In this document: one piece after another, positions 24,130 through 37,540 of the stretch
Layout: every line of letters begins with the position of its first letter
Numbering within the stretch: the stretch's first letter is position 1
NCBI RefSeq assembly: GCF_018977255.1
Contig: NW_024704743.1
Location: 59,336,001-59,400,000 of the forward strand
Reading direction: 5' to 3'
Length of the DNA: 64,000 nt
From: Callorhinchus milii
Taxonomy: Eukaryota
Notes under the pieces: model-generated
The model's database searches: none
Told to the model about the DNA's origin: nothing
The model's input: the letters and a program-made list of their open reading frames with translations, nothing else
Translations under genes and position numbers: made by a program

Positions 24130-24620
24130 ATCTGCAGCTCAACCCTCTGAAAGGATCTGGATCTGGGAGGGGCAAACCCTGAGGAGGACCACAGCTGGTC
24201 CTCCGAGCAGCTCCGCCCCTCCCCCTACTCACCGGGGACGCCCCGACCTCTGATTGGACAATGGAGGCCGCGTAGACAGGAAGGCGGGGCGACCATCCGT
24301 GAAGCTGGCACTGCGGCTGCGTAGTGAAGAGGGCGGGGAGGGGGGGGGAGGAAGTAGCCATCTTTAACACTGGCACTGAGGCTGCGCTCTTCGCGCCCCC
24401 CGCCCCTCCCCGGGGCCGCTTAAAAGGACAACGTGTTAAACAGGTTTGGGATGAGCTACAACCGAGTTGCCCCCCCACCCCCCCCCGGCACTGCAGCAAA
24501 CCCCACATACCCGCTCCACAAGCACGAGGCCCACACAGTACAGTGCCGGGCCCGGGCCCTCCCACTGAAGGGGAAGTCGGTCACGGCCGTTATTAACCCC
24601 CGTCCGTGAGTCACATTCAT
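24130..24620 (-). promoter_or_regulatory. CpG-rich island with GC boxes, CCAAT, AAGATGGC motif and a strong donor (CCG|GTGAGT at 24233/24232); putative alternative or second 5' exon of ASNS
   Basis: High CpG density, GGGCGG boxes, canonical donor on the ASNS strand. Confidence 0.55.
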
Positions 24621-24659
24621 TGCTTCACCATCACTTGGTAAAAGCTTTGTGTCCTTCCT

Positions 24660-25872
24660 AACACCCTCCACACCCCCTCACACACCCCCCTCCCTCCCCC
24701 CACACCCTCACACACCCCCTCCCTCCCCCCCCCCACACCCTCACACACCCCCCCTCACACCCTCACACACCCCCCTCCCCCCCCCCACGCACACCCCCTC
24801 CACACACACCCCCCTCCACACACACCCCTCCCCCCACACACACCCCCTCCCCCACACACACCCCCTCCCCCCACACACACCCCCCCTCACACACACACGC
24901 CACACACACCCCCTCACACACCCCCCCCACACAACCCCCCCCCCACACACCCTCACACACCCCTCCCTCCCCCCCACACACACACCCCCCACACACACTC
25001 CCCCACCCTCCCCCACACACACACCCCCTCACACACACCCCCCACACACACACCCCCTCACACCCTCCCCCCTCACACACACCCCCCCACACACACCCCC
25101 TCACACCCTCCCCCCTCACACACACACCCCCCACACACACCCCCTCACACCCTCCCCCCTCACACACACACCCCCACACACCCCCCCTCCCCCCCTCACA
25201 CACACTCCCCCCCCGACACACCCCCCTCACACACACACCCCCACACACACTCCCCCCGCACACTCCCCCCCCACACACACACCCCCTCACACCCTCCCCC
25301 CTCACACACACACCGCCCACACACACCCCCCTCCCCCCCTCACACACACTCCCCCCCCCGACACACCCCCCCTCACACACACACCCCCACACACACTCCC
25401 CCCGCACACTCCCCCCCCCACACACACACCCCCTCACACCCTCCCCCCTCACACACACACCCCCCACACACACCCCCCTCCCCCCCTCACACACACTCCC
25501 CCCCCCGACACACCCCCCCTCACACACACACCCCCACACACACTCCCCCCGCACACTCCCCCCCACACACACACCCCCTCACACCCTCCCCCCTCACACA
25601 CACACCGCCCACACACACCCCCCTCCCCCCCCTCACACACACTCCCCCCCCCCGACACACACACCCCCCCCCCCACACACACTCCCCCCCCCGACACACA
25701 CACCCCCCCCCCTCACACACACTCCCCCCCCCCCGACACACCCCCCCTCACACACACCCCCCCTCACACACACTCCCCCCCCCCGACACACACCCCCCAC
25801 ACCCCCCCCCCCCCCCCACACACACACACCCTCCCCCCCCCTCACACACACTCCCCCCGACACACCCCCCTC
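24660..25872. repeat. About 1.2-kb C/A-rich compound minisatellite in the ASNS 5' intron
   Basis: Almost purely C/A/T on plus, with repeated CCCCCTCACACACAC blocks. Confidence 0.95.
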
Positions 25873-26004
25873 CCGGCCCCACCCCCGGGGTGTTGGGGTT
25901 CTCGGGCTAATAGTCTGTTACACGTGGGTTTATATATAATACATTTAAATGTATTTAAATTTAAAACAACCTCCGCTCTTTAGGAAAAAATCGAGGCCCC
26001 ACTT

Positions 26005-26136
26005 CTCCCCCCGGGGGGGGCAGCCCCGGGGGGGGGCAGCCCGGGGGGGGGGGGGGGGGCAGCCCCGGGGGGGGGGGGGCAGTCCCGGGGGGGGGGGGGC
26101 AGCCCCGGGGGGGGGGGTAGCCCCGGGGGGGGGGGT
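26005..26136. repeat. (CCCC-Gn-CAG)n G-run repeat
   Basis: About 6 units of GCAGCCCCGGGGGGGG. Confidence 0.9.
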
Positions 26137-26658
26137 AACCTCGCTGTAACCTCGGCCCCCGCAGCTCTGTGTGTGTGTGTGTGTGTGAGAGAGGCTTTTC
26201 TGGTTATGAAGGGTCGGGTCCAGTTACAAATTATAAAGGTAATAAAGACCGAGTCCTCCCAGAGACTATAATTATATTTTGCCCTTTTATGGGAAGAGCC
26301 CTGATCCCGGTTTAACAAGTGTGTGTGTGTGTGTGGTGGCGGCTGCTCGGGCTCTGCTGAAGCCCACGTGGATCTCTCTCTCACTCACACGTTCACAAGA
26401 CTTTCAGCAACTTCACCCTCTGCACTGATATTCACACTGAATCCCTCTGACAATCCCCGACAGCACCGCTTCCTTCATTTTCAGCATTAGATATCACACA
26501 CAACACAACACAGAACAGGAGAGAGAGAGAAAAAAAAAACCACCCCATTCACATCCCTCTCCTCTCGGCTCTTCGAAAAGCCCCCGGTCCGCGGTTTCCT
26601 TCGTGGCAAACCCTGGGATCGATCTCAGCAAAAACCCTCAGCAAACGGTGAGCCTCAC

Positions 26659-26760
26659 CTCCTGGTCCTGTCCCTGGTCCTGTCCCTGGTCCCTGGTCCC
26701 CGGCTGCTCGCAGCTGCTCCTGTGACTCGCTCCCTCCCGCGGCAAAGCGCACTGACTGCC
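26659..26760 (-). other. ASNS: Putative non-coding first exon of ASNS (5' boundary approximate)
   Basis: GAG|GTGAGG donor at 26659/26658, just downstream of the CARE pair; GC-rich. Confidence 0.55.
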
Positions 26761-26797
26761 TGACTGACTGACTGCCTGAGGTGCACAGGGTGTGCAG

Positions 26798-26856
26798 TGC
26801 AATACACAGCAGAGTTGCATCAGCCGTTGAATCATATGCCCCACCAACTTGCATCA
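26798..26856 (-). promoter_or_regulatory. ASNS: Candidate ASNS promoter: two C/EBP-ATF response elements (TGATGCAAG 26856-26848, TGATGCAAC 26822-26814) plus ATTGCA at 26803-26798
   Basis: Matches the CARE/AARE consensus TGATGxAAx known from ATF4 targets including ASNS; lies about 155 nt upstream of a splice donor in a CpG-containing region. Confidence 0.7.
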
Positions 26857-27112
26857 AATGTGTCAAACGCCACCAACAGCAGCTTTCGTTTATTTAAAAC
26901 GCAATTTTTTACTGAGTTCGCTTATTATTATTATTATTATTATTCTTTGTCGTCGTTGTTGTTATTAATAATGTTGGTTTTTTTTGCCCTCAAAATTGAC
27001 TATGCTGTCACTGTGCGCAGTGGGAGCGGTTGACACAAACCATCAGCGAATCACACTTTATTGAAAAGGTTGGAAATAAAAGCAGAAAAATCCTATAAAT
27101 GCATAGTGGGAT

Positions 27113-27438
27113 GATAATAATAATAATAATAATCCTTGCATTTGATATAGCGCTTTTCACGTCAGGAGGACGTCCCAAAGCGCTTCACAGAATACACTGT
27201 AAAGTGAATTGACTGTATATTTGTGGGCGAACGGGGCAGCCAATTGCGCACAGCAATGTCCCAAAAACAGTCGTAGATTGAAAATGCCAATTTTATTATT
27301 GTTTTTGGTTTTGGAGGGATTATTATTAGGCTCTGTGTGGAGTAAGGAAACTTGCCCAAGGTTTCGCCCTCTGCCTGGAATTGAACTCAGGTCTCTCGCT
27401 TGCAAAGCGAGTGCTCTAACCACTGAGCTACAGGACTC
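27113..27438 (-). mobile_element. tRNA-headed SINE, young subfamily
   Basis: Near identical to 43313-43638. Confidence 0.93.
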
Positions 27439-27744
27439 AAACAGGGATAGCAGACATATGCCCCCACCACCCCCCCCCACCCGCATGCAGATATCCCTGC
27501 ACACTTTTTAAAATATATATTTAGTTGAAAATATATTTGGTACAACAAAAACCTCAAAAACACACACAGTACAACATCTTGCATCGCATTACTGTTCTCT
27601 GTATCCCGATACAAGACTTGTTGCTCTCCTACAACAGTGCTTTTGGGGGCTGTTTCTCCTATTCGGGGAGCAGCCCCTCATGTCGCGGTATCCGCGCCTT
27701 TGTGACCCTCTCGTCTTGGGTTTAGTTCTGCCATCATCATAGGA

Positions 27745-28345
27745 GAGAGACATACTCAGACTCTCACACTCAGACACACACACAAAGACACATTCAGACA
27801 CACACAGACACACACTCACACGGACACACAGAGAGACACACTCAGACACACACAGAGACACACACAGAGAAACACACTCAGACACAGAGAGACACACAGA
27901 GAAACACACTCAGACACAGAGAGACACACTCAGACACACATTCGGATGCACAGAGAGACACACTCAGACACACACACACACACACAGACATACACACATT
28001 CAGATACACAGAGACACACACAGAGAGACACACTCAGACACACACACACACACATTCAGATACACAGAGACACACACAGAGAGACACACTCAGACACACA
28101 CACACACATAGACATATTTAGACACACAGAGAGACATACTCAGACACACACACACAGATACACAGAGAGACACACTCAGACACACAGAGACACACTCAGA
28201 CACACAGAGAGACAAACTCACATACAGAGACACACTCACACAAAGAGATACACTCAGACACACAGAGAGACACATTCAAAGACACAGACAAAAACACAGA
28301 CAGAGACACACTCACAGACACAGAGTGATACACATACACACATCA
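27745..28345. repeat. CA/GA compound minisatellite (CACTCAGACACACAGAGA-like)
   Basis: Visible tandem degenerate units. Confidence 0.92.
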
Positions 28346-28645
28346 TATAAATCCAACTTATACATAACTTTACATATATGATATGACTTATGCAAGTTTG
28401 ACATAACTCATATTTTGCATAAGTCATATTAAATATATGCTCCCAACTGATGTGACTTATGTAATTACTAATATTTCTGAGTTACAGCGGTGCTTTCTTC
28501 TCAGTTTTGGCATAGTTTCAGCAAACATTCGCGTTCCAGTGAACCCATCAAGAAAACTGAGCTTGTTTCTTATCTTGACCAAGTGGGCATTTTCCTCCAT
28601 CAGCGAAACACACTGTTGCTGAAGAGCTGTTTGTACCATCCAATT

Positions 28646-28957
28646 TATAATAATAATAATCCTTGCATTTGATATAGCGCTTTTCACGTCGGGAGGACGT
28701 CCCAAAGCGCTTCACAGAACACACTGTAAAGTGAATTGACTGTATATTTGTGGGCGAACGCAGCAGCCAATTGCACACAGAAATGTCCCACAAACAGTCG
28801 TAGATTGAAACTGACCAATTTATTTTTGGTTTTGGAGGGGTTATTATTAGGTGTGTGGAGTAAGGAAACTTGCCCAAGGTTTCGCCCTCTGCCTGGAAAT
28901 GAACTCAGGTCTCTCACTTGCAAAGCGAGTGCTCTAACCACTGAGCTACAGGACTCC
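28646..28957 (-). mobile_element. tRNA-headed SINE, young subfamily
   Basis: Near identical to 43313-43638. Confidence 0.93.
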
Positions 28958-31389
28958 AAATGTACTGCTAATTCACTGAAATCAGCCAGGCTACGATTTG
29001 GAATGATCAAGATACACTCTTACTTTTACTGACGCACCCCAGACATTCCAAGTGGGAAGATTTTATGCAGTCAAAAGGGTTACATTTCAATCGTCATTCT
29101 TTTTAAGCTTTCTTTTGATATGAAGGATAATAATAATCCTTGCACTTGATATAGGGCAGATCTGTAACAGTAACGACAACTGTAATAATAATCCTTGCAT
29201 TTCATATAGCGCTTTATTACGTCGTTGAGACGTCTCAAACCGCTTCACCATTTATACTGTAAAATGTTTTTGACTATTTTGTGAGCGAAACTTGCACTTA
29301 TATAGCAGGACTGCATTTCGGAGTACGGAGTACTCCAGAGAGGCAACAACAAATTTATATAGCACTTTTAAAGTCAGGAGGACGTCCCAAGGCACTGGAC
29401 ATTTGAGGGTTTGCACCTGAGCTGGGGATTGGGTTAGGGAAGGGGTGGGAAAATGACCAAAGGCACAGAGGAAGGTCTTGATTGGGATCTTAAGGAAGGT
29501 GAATGAAGGCATGAGGTGAAGGGACTCTGGGATGGAGTTCCAGAGAGTGGGGATAGAAAGGCTGAGGGCCTAAGCAGGCCAGAGACTGCTGAGCGGAGGG
29601 AGCAGACAGGGATTTAGAAGATCACAGAAGTAGGGTGAGGCAAGGATTGTGAACTCGATCCTCTGAGGGCTGGGGTGGATCAGTTTGTGGAGCCTAAGGC
29701 AGGAGAGGGCGCAAGCTGCAGAGTTCTGAATGGTCTGCTGTCTGTGGAGGAAAGATGGCCATTGTGAGCCTGGTCATGATGCCAGAATGCCCCCTCACTG
29801 CCTTGGGGCTCCAGCAAATATATGGGTTGTATGTACATAATGCTGCCAGTGAAAGACCCAAAGGGACAAGACAGAGGCGTAGTGAGAGTGAGCTCCAGAG
29901 ATTAGGGGTGTATTCAACTACGAATGAAGTGCAAAAGGAATAAGGTGTGCCTTATCAGGGTGTATGCACTTGCACACATGGGTGTAGTGCGCACAGGGGC
30001 GCAAGCTGGAGGGGAGGGATAGTAAGGGGGAGTTACAAAATCCCTTTGTAACTGCACCCTGCATAGGGCGGCAAAACCCAGAGGTGGGAAAGCCTTGGTC
30101 CCTTGGTCCCCCACCCCACCCACCCGCCACAAGGGCCTGTAATTGCCTTCTGTAACAGAATGATGACATGCTGCGTCTTCTTTTCTGTAACAGGTTTGAT
30201 ACTGTCTGAGACCAGCGTAAATATATATCAACAAATAAATATATGTATATATTTTAATGTAAAAAAGTAGGGTGTGCAATGAGCTCTAGTTACACCCTAC
30301 TTCCATGCATTATCCACAATCATTGCACTTTACAGTGGTTCCTGTGAAATGCTGTCACATGTTGTAACATGAAAGGCAGGCACTACATCAAATGCAAGGA
30401 TTTTTTTAAAAGTCAGCTGAATGGGGGAGAAGAGGGGTGCGAGCAGAAGAGTGGGATAGGAGAAGATCACAGAGATAGGGAGGGGCTCGAGCTTGATTAG
30501 GTTAATAGGTGAGTCATTTCACTAGTAGAGAGTTACTGGCGCTTGGCGAGCATTAGTGCTATAGGTATGTAAAGTTTTAAAGGGGTGTAGAAACAGGGGG
30601 GAACATTGCGATGAACAACAATTTGCTTTTACAGTAAATCCCCGCCCAAACAAACAATGGATATCCAGAATTCAAACCTTGCCGGGCCGGTCCTGAAAAC
30701 CCAAAATTTAAAAAACAATCCGCAGGGAAAAATATCCACAGGCCCATGTGCAGACTCCTGCCTGTTCATGTCTTCTGCCCCACACTGAGCAGCCCATGTG
30801 AGCCCCACAGCTTCCTGCCTTTACCGTCCTTTTTCTGGAATCCAGTGTCATTGGGCTCTGGTCTGCTCCATGTCCCCTGCCCTCTCCACCACATCATTGA
30901 CGGTTGGGCCTTCAGCCTTTCTGACCCCACTCTTTGGAACTCCATCCCACAGTACCTTCGTCTCGCCACCTCCCTTGCCTTCTTCAAGGCACATCATAAG
31001 CCCCACCTCTTAGATTGCACCTTCGGTCACCCTCTTATCCCTACCCTCCTGCCCTCCACCCCATCTGATCCTTCCAGCTCAGGTCCAAATTTTTAAGTGT
31101 CCAGCATCTTGGGATGTCCTCCCGACGTGAAAAGCATAATTTGTTGTTGTGAGTAAATGCATTATCAGCATTTTGGATTTTTTGCATTTCTGACATTTTA
31201 ATCACACTTGGATGTTCCAATTAACTGGAAATTCCAGATCACTGGATCCGATCTCTCCCCATTAGTCTGTCTGGCTGGGGTTTGTCTGTATATGCATCCA
31301 AAAGATCTGGCAAAATCTAAAAGTGGTGGAATAGATTCAATGCGCTGAATGCACTTAGAAACAGGAGTAGGCTATTCATTTGTAAAAAT

Positions 31390-32495
31390 TACAAATTACA
31401 TTTGTAAAGCGCCTTTCACATCAGGAGGATGTCCCAAGGCGCTGAACAGTCAGCGATTTGGACCCGAGCAGGTGGGTGGGGGTTGGTTGGATAAGGGAGG
31501 ATGGAGGGCAGGGAGGGTAGGACGGTGGCCGAAGGTATGGTCGAACAGGAGAGTCTTGAGAAGTGCCTTGAAGGAGGCAAAGAGGGAGCGAGGCGAAGGG
31601 AATAAGGCTATGGTAATGTGGGATGGAGTTCCAAAAGGTGGGGGCAGAGAAGCTGAAGGCCCGATCACTGACGGTCGCACGGGCCGAATAGGGCACGTGA
31701 AGTAGGCCAGAGCCTGCTGAGCGTAGGCAGCGGACTTCTTGATAAGGGGTTAGCAGGTCAAAGAGGTAGGACGGGGCAAGGCCACGGAGCGCCTTGAAAG
31801 TGAGGGTGAGGATTTTTAATTCTATCCTCTGATGGATGGGGCCAGTGGCGCCAGGTGAGGGTGGGGGTGATGGTCTGGTGCGGGAGAGGACACGAGCTGC
31901 AGAGTTCTGGATGATCTGCAGCTTGTGGAGGGAGGAGTTTGGAAGGCCAACAAGCAAGGAATTTACGTAGTCGAGTCTAGATGAGATGAATGTGTGAATG
32001 AGGGTTTCGGCAGCCTGAGGGTGAAACAGTGGCAGAGCTGGGTGATGTTGTGAAGATGGCAGAGAGCGTAATGGCACGGATGTGGGGTAGAAGGAGAGTT
32101 GAGGGTCAAACAAGATGCCCAGGTTCCGGCCTGGCTCAGCGAGGTGAAGTATGCAACCATGGATGGTGATGCTGTCAGTGCCTAAAGACGCGGAGGCGCT
32201 GACAGGAGTCAATCAAAAGGGCCTTGTTGCCATGTAGAAAGTTAGCTCTCATCCAGGACAGAAGTGGTCCTGGAGTCAAGGGTGGAGGCAGAGAGATAGA
32301 GTTGGGTGTCATCCACATACATGTGGAAGTTGACCCCATGTGTGTGGATGACGTCATCAAGAGGGAGCATGCCCTGAGGAACGTTGCATGAGATGGTGCA
32401 AGGGCTGGAGGAGAAGTTGTTTGGGGAGACAAAGTGGATACGGTGTGCGGGGTAGGATCTGAACTATTCAAAGATGAACCTTGAGTGTAGGTTGG
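31390..32495 (-). mobile_element. Degraded L2-A copy
   Basis: [18 protein letters not shown] and YVDDTQ remnants; L2 tail. Confidence 0.85.
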
Positions 32496-32699
32496 CAAGA
32501 GCAAAGGCATTAGGGACCTGAGTATGCATTGGGGTACTGCTGGAGTCTAACCAGCTAAAACCACATATCTTGCCCAGACCAAAAGCCCAACTGGTTGGGT
32601 GGGCTTGATGCACATAAGCCACATGCAGGAAGTCACATGGTGATGACCCTGATGTTGGCTTTTATTTTTTGGAGTGGGGCTGGCTGGCGCAGAGGGAGA

Positions 32700-33620
32700 G
32701 ACGCAGTAATTAGATCGCCTCCCAAACTTTTCCACAACTGGTTAAGATGTTCTGTAGTTACCTGGTTTCTCCCTCCCTCCCTTCTCAAATAATGGATTGA
32801 TATTTGCAATTTTCCAATCCCAATGGCACAATTCCCAAATATAGAGAGCTTTGGAAAATTAAGACTAACACATCTGCAACCTCCTTCCCTATTTCTTTTA
32901 ATACCCTGGGGTGGAAACCATCAGGTCCTGGAGATTTGTTTATCATAAGTCCCATTATTTTCTCCATTACCATTTTTTAATTTATATGAATGTCCTCTTC
33001 CTGTCCTGTGAAAACGGATGCAAAGTATTCATTTAACAAGTCTGTCATTTCCTTATTATTTATTACCGTCTCACCTACATCTGTCTTTAATGGGACCTCA
33101 TTTCCCTTTACCACTCTCTTTCTCTTAATATGCTTATAAAACCTTTTACTCTTAGCTTTGATATTCTTCCAATCTGCTGGAATTTCACTTTAACTGTCCC
33201 CACCCTGTCCACATGCCCTGACAGTATTTCTCTTTTTGACTTGTCACAGGTTTTATGATTATTTCCTGTAACCTTTTTTCTTCCTGGAGTATTTATGTTA
33301 TCTTTATCACTTTTTGTACTCTGATCTTTGCTCTCATCCCTTCTTTTCCTTATCCTTAGGTTTTTATTATTTCCACCCAACCCCTCCTCCACCACCATCC
33401 CTTATAGGTTGAAAGTCCTTTCTAAAACCCTATTTATCCTTTCTGCTATTTATCCTTTCTTGGTCCCAGCCCGATTCAGGTGCAGACCATCCTAACAGTA
33501 CAGCTCCTTACTGTCCCAGTACTAGTGCCAGTGTCCCATGCAATGGAACCCCTCCTTACCACTTCGCATTCTTTCAGCCACACATTTACTTTTCTCATCT
33601 GTTTATCCTTACACCAATCT
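32700..33620 (-). mobile_element. Internally deleted CR1 fragment, same family as 47850-49925
   Basis: NKSPGPDGFHPRVLKE; shared NNKNLRIR...SDKDNINT segment. Confidence 0.85.
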
Positions 33621-34410
33621 GGACGTGGCTCGGGTAGTAATCCCAACTTTCTGTGGCATTCTCAGAAGTCTGGATCCCAAGCCAGGAGGGTCCACAGTAC
33701 TCCAGGCCACTGCTGATGATAGCTAAGCCAGCCTGGCTCATCGGCAGGACTTCGAGGGGCAGAACAGTCACTGGGTTAAGGTATTCTTCCCACTTAGCTG
33801 CTGTTAAATGTACAAACCAAAGCCTTAAATGGTAGGGTAGTCCCAGCTGGACAAGCAGCAGGAAGCTTGCCAGACAAGTTGTGCAAGTTTAGTTTGAACT
33901 CCAGCAGTACCCCCAACTCACACCCTGGTGTCCACACCTTGACTCTTGCCAATTTTAACTAATACTTTCTGGAATTATGTAAAACGTGTGCCCCTCCAGG
34001 GAGAGGTAATCCATTACAGACATGTAATTTCCATGTGTAGGTGTCATACATGGTATAGTAAATTCCTGATGTATGGTCACTCTAAGGGAAAAGAGCTCAG
34101 TGACTATATATGGGGTGACTATGTTGGCATGATTCCTCCAGAACCACTAGGGGGTGCTGTGACCAGGAGCCTACACCAACACACACTGCCACTGACAGAG
34201 CGGCCCCAGCCCCCACAACTGTCAGGTTTTTTGTTAAAAGTCGTTTAAGTTTAGTAAATTACAGGTTTATGATATAATAATAATAATCCTTGCATTTAAT
34301 ATAAATTTATGTATAAATCACATATGTCTATAAATGCACTTATTTCTGTTTCCTATGGCTTATTTCCGTTGCTGTATTGGAAAGTGTGCACTTTTCAGGA
34401 GATGTACTGT

Positions 34411-34731
34411 GTAATAATAATAATAATCCTTGCATTTGATATAGCGCTTTTCACGTCGGGAGGACGTCCCAAAGCGCTTCACAGAACACACTGTAAAGTG
34501 AATTGACTGTATATTTGTGGGCGAACGCGGCAGCCAATTGTGCACAGCAATGTCCCACAAACAGTCATAGATTGAAAATGACCAATTTATTATTGTTTTT
34601 GGTTTTGGAGGGATTATTATTAGGCTCTGTGTGGAGTAAGGAAACTTGCCCAAGGTTTCGCTCTGCCTGGAATTGAACTCAGGTCTCTCACTTGCAAAGC
34701 GAGTGCTCTAACCACTGAGCTACAGGACTCC
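34411..34731 (-). mobile_element. tRNA-headed SINE, young subfamily
   Basis: Near identical to 43313-43638. Confidence 0.93.
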
Positions 34732-34774
34732 ACAAGTGTATTAAAGAACAAAGACACTATACTTTGTCACATTA

Positions 34775-34872
34775 GAACGAAGGGTGGTGGACCCAAAACG
34801 TTGGCTCACTTTCCTTTCTCCATAGATGCTGCCTGACCTGCTGAGTGTTCCCAGCGACTACTGTTTTTCTTT
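34775..34872 (+). mobile_element. Single arm of the same Penelope-type element
   Basis: ACGAAGGGT..ACCC AAAACGTT...CTCCATAGATGCTGCCTGACCTGCTGAG. Confidence 0.7.
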
Positions 34873-35529
34873 CAAAGATACTGTAGACCCAGGTTGTATG
34901 TGAAAATGATACATTTTTATAATTAACAATTTGCAACTCGCTTGAAAGTGTAAAAGCTCAACGTTACAAGTCAGAAAGGTAAAAGAGAAGGTACACCCTC
35001 CTCCCATTGTTGCAGATAAGGACATGCAAAACTTTTTACTGTCTGCTCTGCTGATCGCTCCTGTATATGTTAGCAAGTCCACCATGGCTCTGATTGATGG
35101 TCTGGTTTGTCAGTCAGGGTCAGCGGGTGGAATGATAGGCTGCGATTTGTGGACCAGAGACCAGTGATTTTCTGTATATATGGAATATTCTTATAATTTT
35201 ATGCACACATATACACACATTTTATACACTTTAAGATTATTTTAATACAATTACTATTCAAAAGAAAAGTGTTTGGGTGGAAAAACTATTTTCTCTTCAG
35301 TTTTTCTCTGAACTTTTTCGTTTCTTTGAAGATGTTTTGCCTGGCAGTGTCCCTTTTTCCTTATTGGCCTCTTAATCAGATCAAATGCTGATTTCTGAGC
35401 TGTGGTTGTACATTATTTACCAAAATGCATAAGTAAAGAAACAATCTTGAAGTCAGAGAATAGAAAGGGAAGTTTGTCTGCAGCATAAACTTGTTTACAT
35501 TTTCTTATAAAACATGAGGGTTGGGAGGC

Positions 35530-35820
35530 GAGAGCACTCACCTTGCAAGCGAGAGACCTGGGTTCAATTCCCGGCAGGGCGAAATCTTGGGCAAGTTTTC
35601 TTACTCCACACGCCTAATAATAATCCCTAAAAAAAAACGTTAATCATTTGGTCATTCAACCCACAACTGTTTGTGGGACACTGCTGTGCGCAACTTGCTG
35701 CCGTTTTTCACCCACAAAATATACAGTCAATTAACTTTACAGCATATTCTGTGAAGCGCTTTGAGATGTCTAGAAGACGTGAAAAGCGCTATATCAAATG
35801 CAAGAATTATTATTATTATT
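35530..35820 (+). mobile_element. tRNA-headed SINE, older subfamily
   Basis: Slightly 5'-degraded copy. Confidence 0.88.
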
Positions 35821-37315
35821 TTCCCAGGTACAGGTCGTTCACTTTGGCGATATATCCGATATTTTATTTAAAGGAATGTGTAGAATGCGATTACTTAATA
35901 CATTACAAGTAAAGGGGATGTCCCTTATTCACATTTTACATAGGAAGTGACTGGTATATTGACAACATGGCGATATAAGCAATGTAATAATATAAGCCAG
36001 TGTTTCATTAACAGGAGTTTATTTTATTCCGAGTCTGGTTTGGATATTCTTAATCATGGTGATAGATTTCCACACATGTCAGACAATCCGGCTGACCATC
36101 AATAAATTCTGGAAGGATGAGATCATTCGAACCCTTCATATCAGTATTATGTTCCAGAAAACAAATGTATTTGAAAAAAAACATGCAATGATGCTTTACA
36201 CCTTCATGTCTGTAACACCTTCCTATGCAAACTCCTTGCTTGGCGGACTTCCCAACCATTCCCACCACAAGCTGCAGACTATTAAGAACTCTGCAGCTCA
36301 TGTCCTCTCCCGGACCAATCTCCGTGAGTCTATCACCCCCAACCTCACCCAGCTCCACTGGCTCGCCATTCCCCAGAGAATCGAGGTCAAGATCCTCATC
36401 TCACTTAAACCCTCCACGATCTTGCTCTTCCCTCCCTATGTAGGGATGAACAAGTTTCGGAGGGCTTTAAAAGTGATGACAAGGATAATAATCTTTAGAT
36501 TTGATATAGTTTCACCCTTATGACTTTGAGGTAATATTTTGAACGCATTCACCTCATTTAGTTTGTCCGGAATGGTATAATAATCTTCCCAATAGACCTG
36601 CGATTGTATCACCTTCCCAGCAGTATCTTTAGTATCGTTCCAAACATATTATAGTTTCTGCAGGTATTGTAACTTTACTCTGGTCCTAACCCCATTGTCG
36701 CACTTGTTATCTCCACACATTTATCACCCCAAACCCTCACCAGGCTCATCTGACTCCCTGTCTCTGAATTGATCAACTTCAAGATGCTCGCTCTCACAAA
36801 CAAATCCCTTCAAACCCTAGAACCTGTCTACCTTTGTGGTCTGTTCATACCCCACTCCTCTACCTTCCCCTTCGCTCAGCTTACACAGGCTTGCTTGCGC
36901 CTATGCTGTATAGAAACACAACGTCAATGACCCACACTGGATAGTAGGTCAGAGTTGGTCAGAATGATTGGAAAGTAAAAATCACAATAGACGAACAGCT
37001 GGTAAGTAACAAATAATACACGTGTCTCAAAAAGAACTATCTACAAGCAAACAGTTGAAAAGCTGCCAAGAGAAATTCAGCAGAAGTCCCTGACCTGGTA
37101 CATGGCAACCTGCTGAGTCCACATTTTGATACTTGAACCCAAAGTCATTGTTGGTGATTTATAATCATATGCCAGGTCACAACAACAGTCAACTAGTAAC
37201 AATATCATCAAATCCAATGCTGTGTTCTTTCCACTGTCAGGACTCCAGTGAAACCAATGCTGTGGATTACTGTCAATGGCTTGATCCATTGGACATATAC
37301 TTTGGAACACTTCTG

Positions 37316-37540
37316 AAATAAAAACAGAATTCGCCGGGAATACTCAGCAGGTCACTCAGCATCTATGGAGAGAGGAAATTGAGGTAACGTTTCAGGTCGA
37401 TGTCAGAACTCTGACGAAAGGTTATTGACCTGAAGCATTAACTCACTTTCCTCTCTCCATAGATGCTGCCTTGACCTGTTGAATGTTCCCAGCAACTTCT
37501 GTTTTTATTTCAGATTTCCAGCATCATCAGTATTTTGCCT
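37316..37540. mobile_element. Palindromic Penelope-derived (MITE-like) element with hammerhead-like cores and a 15-bp TSD
   Basis: Inverted arms of about 95 bp; TTTGGAACACTTCTG at 37301-37315 and 37541-37555; CTGACGA-AAGGT..ACCT-GAAG. Confidence 0.8.

Noticed and set aside
24649..25983. 444-aa Pro/His/Thr-rich ORF and antisense Gly/Val/Cys ORFs
   Set aside because: Open only because the C/A minisatellite cannot form stop codons; lies in the ASNS 5' intron
27946..28350. 134-aa His/Thr-rich ORF
   Set aside because: CA/GA minisatellite
28548..28877. Recurrent 'MGKFPYST...[21 protein letters not shown]' ORFs as a small gene family
   Set aside because: Translations of SINE copies; non-ATG starts and variable frames
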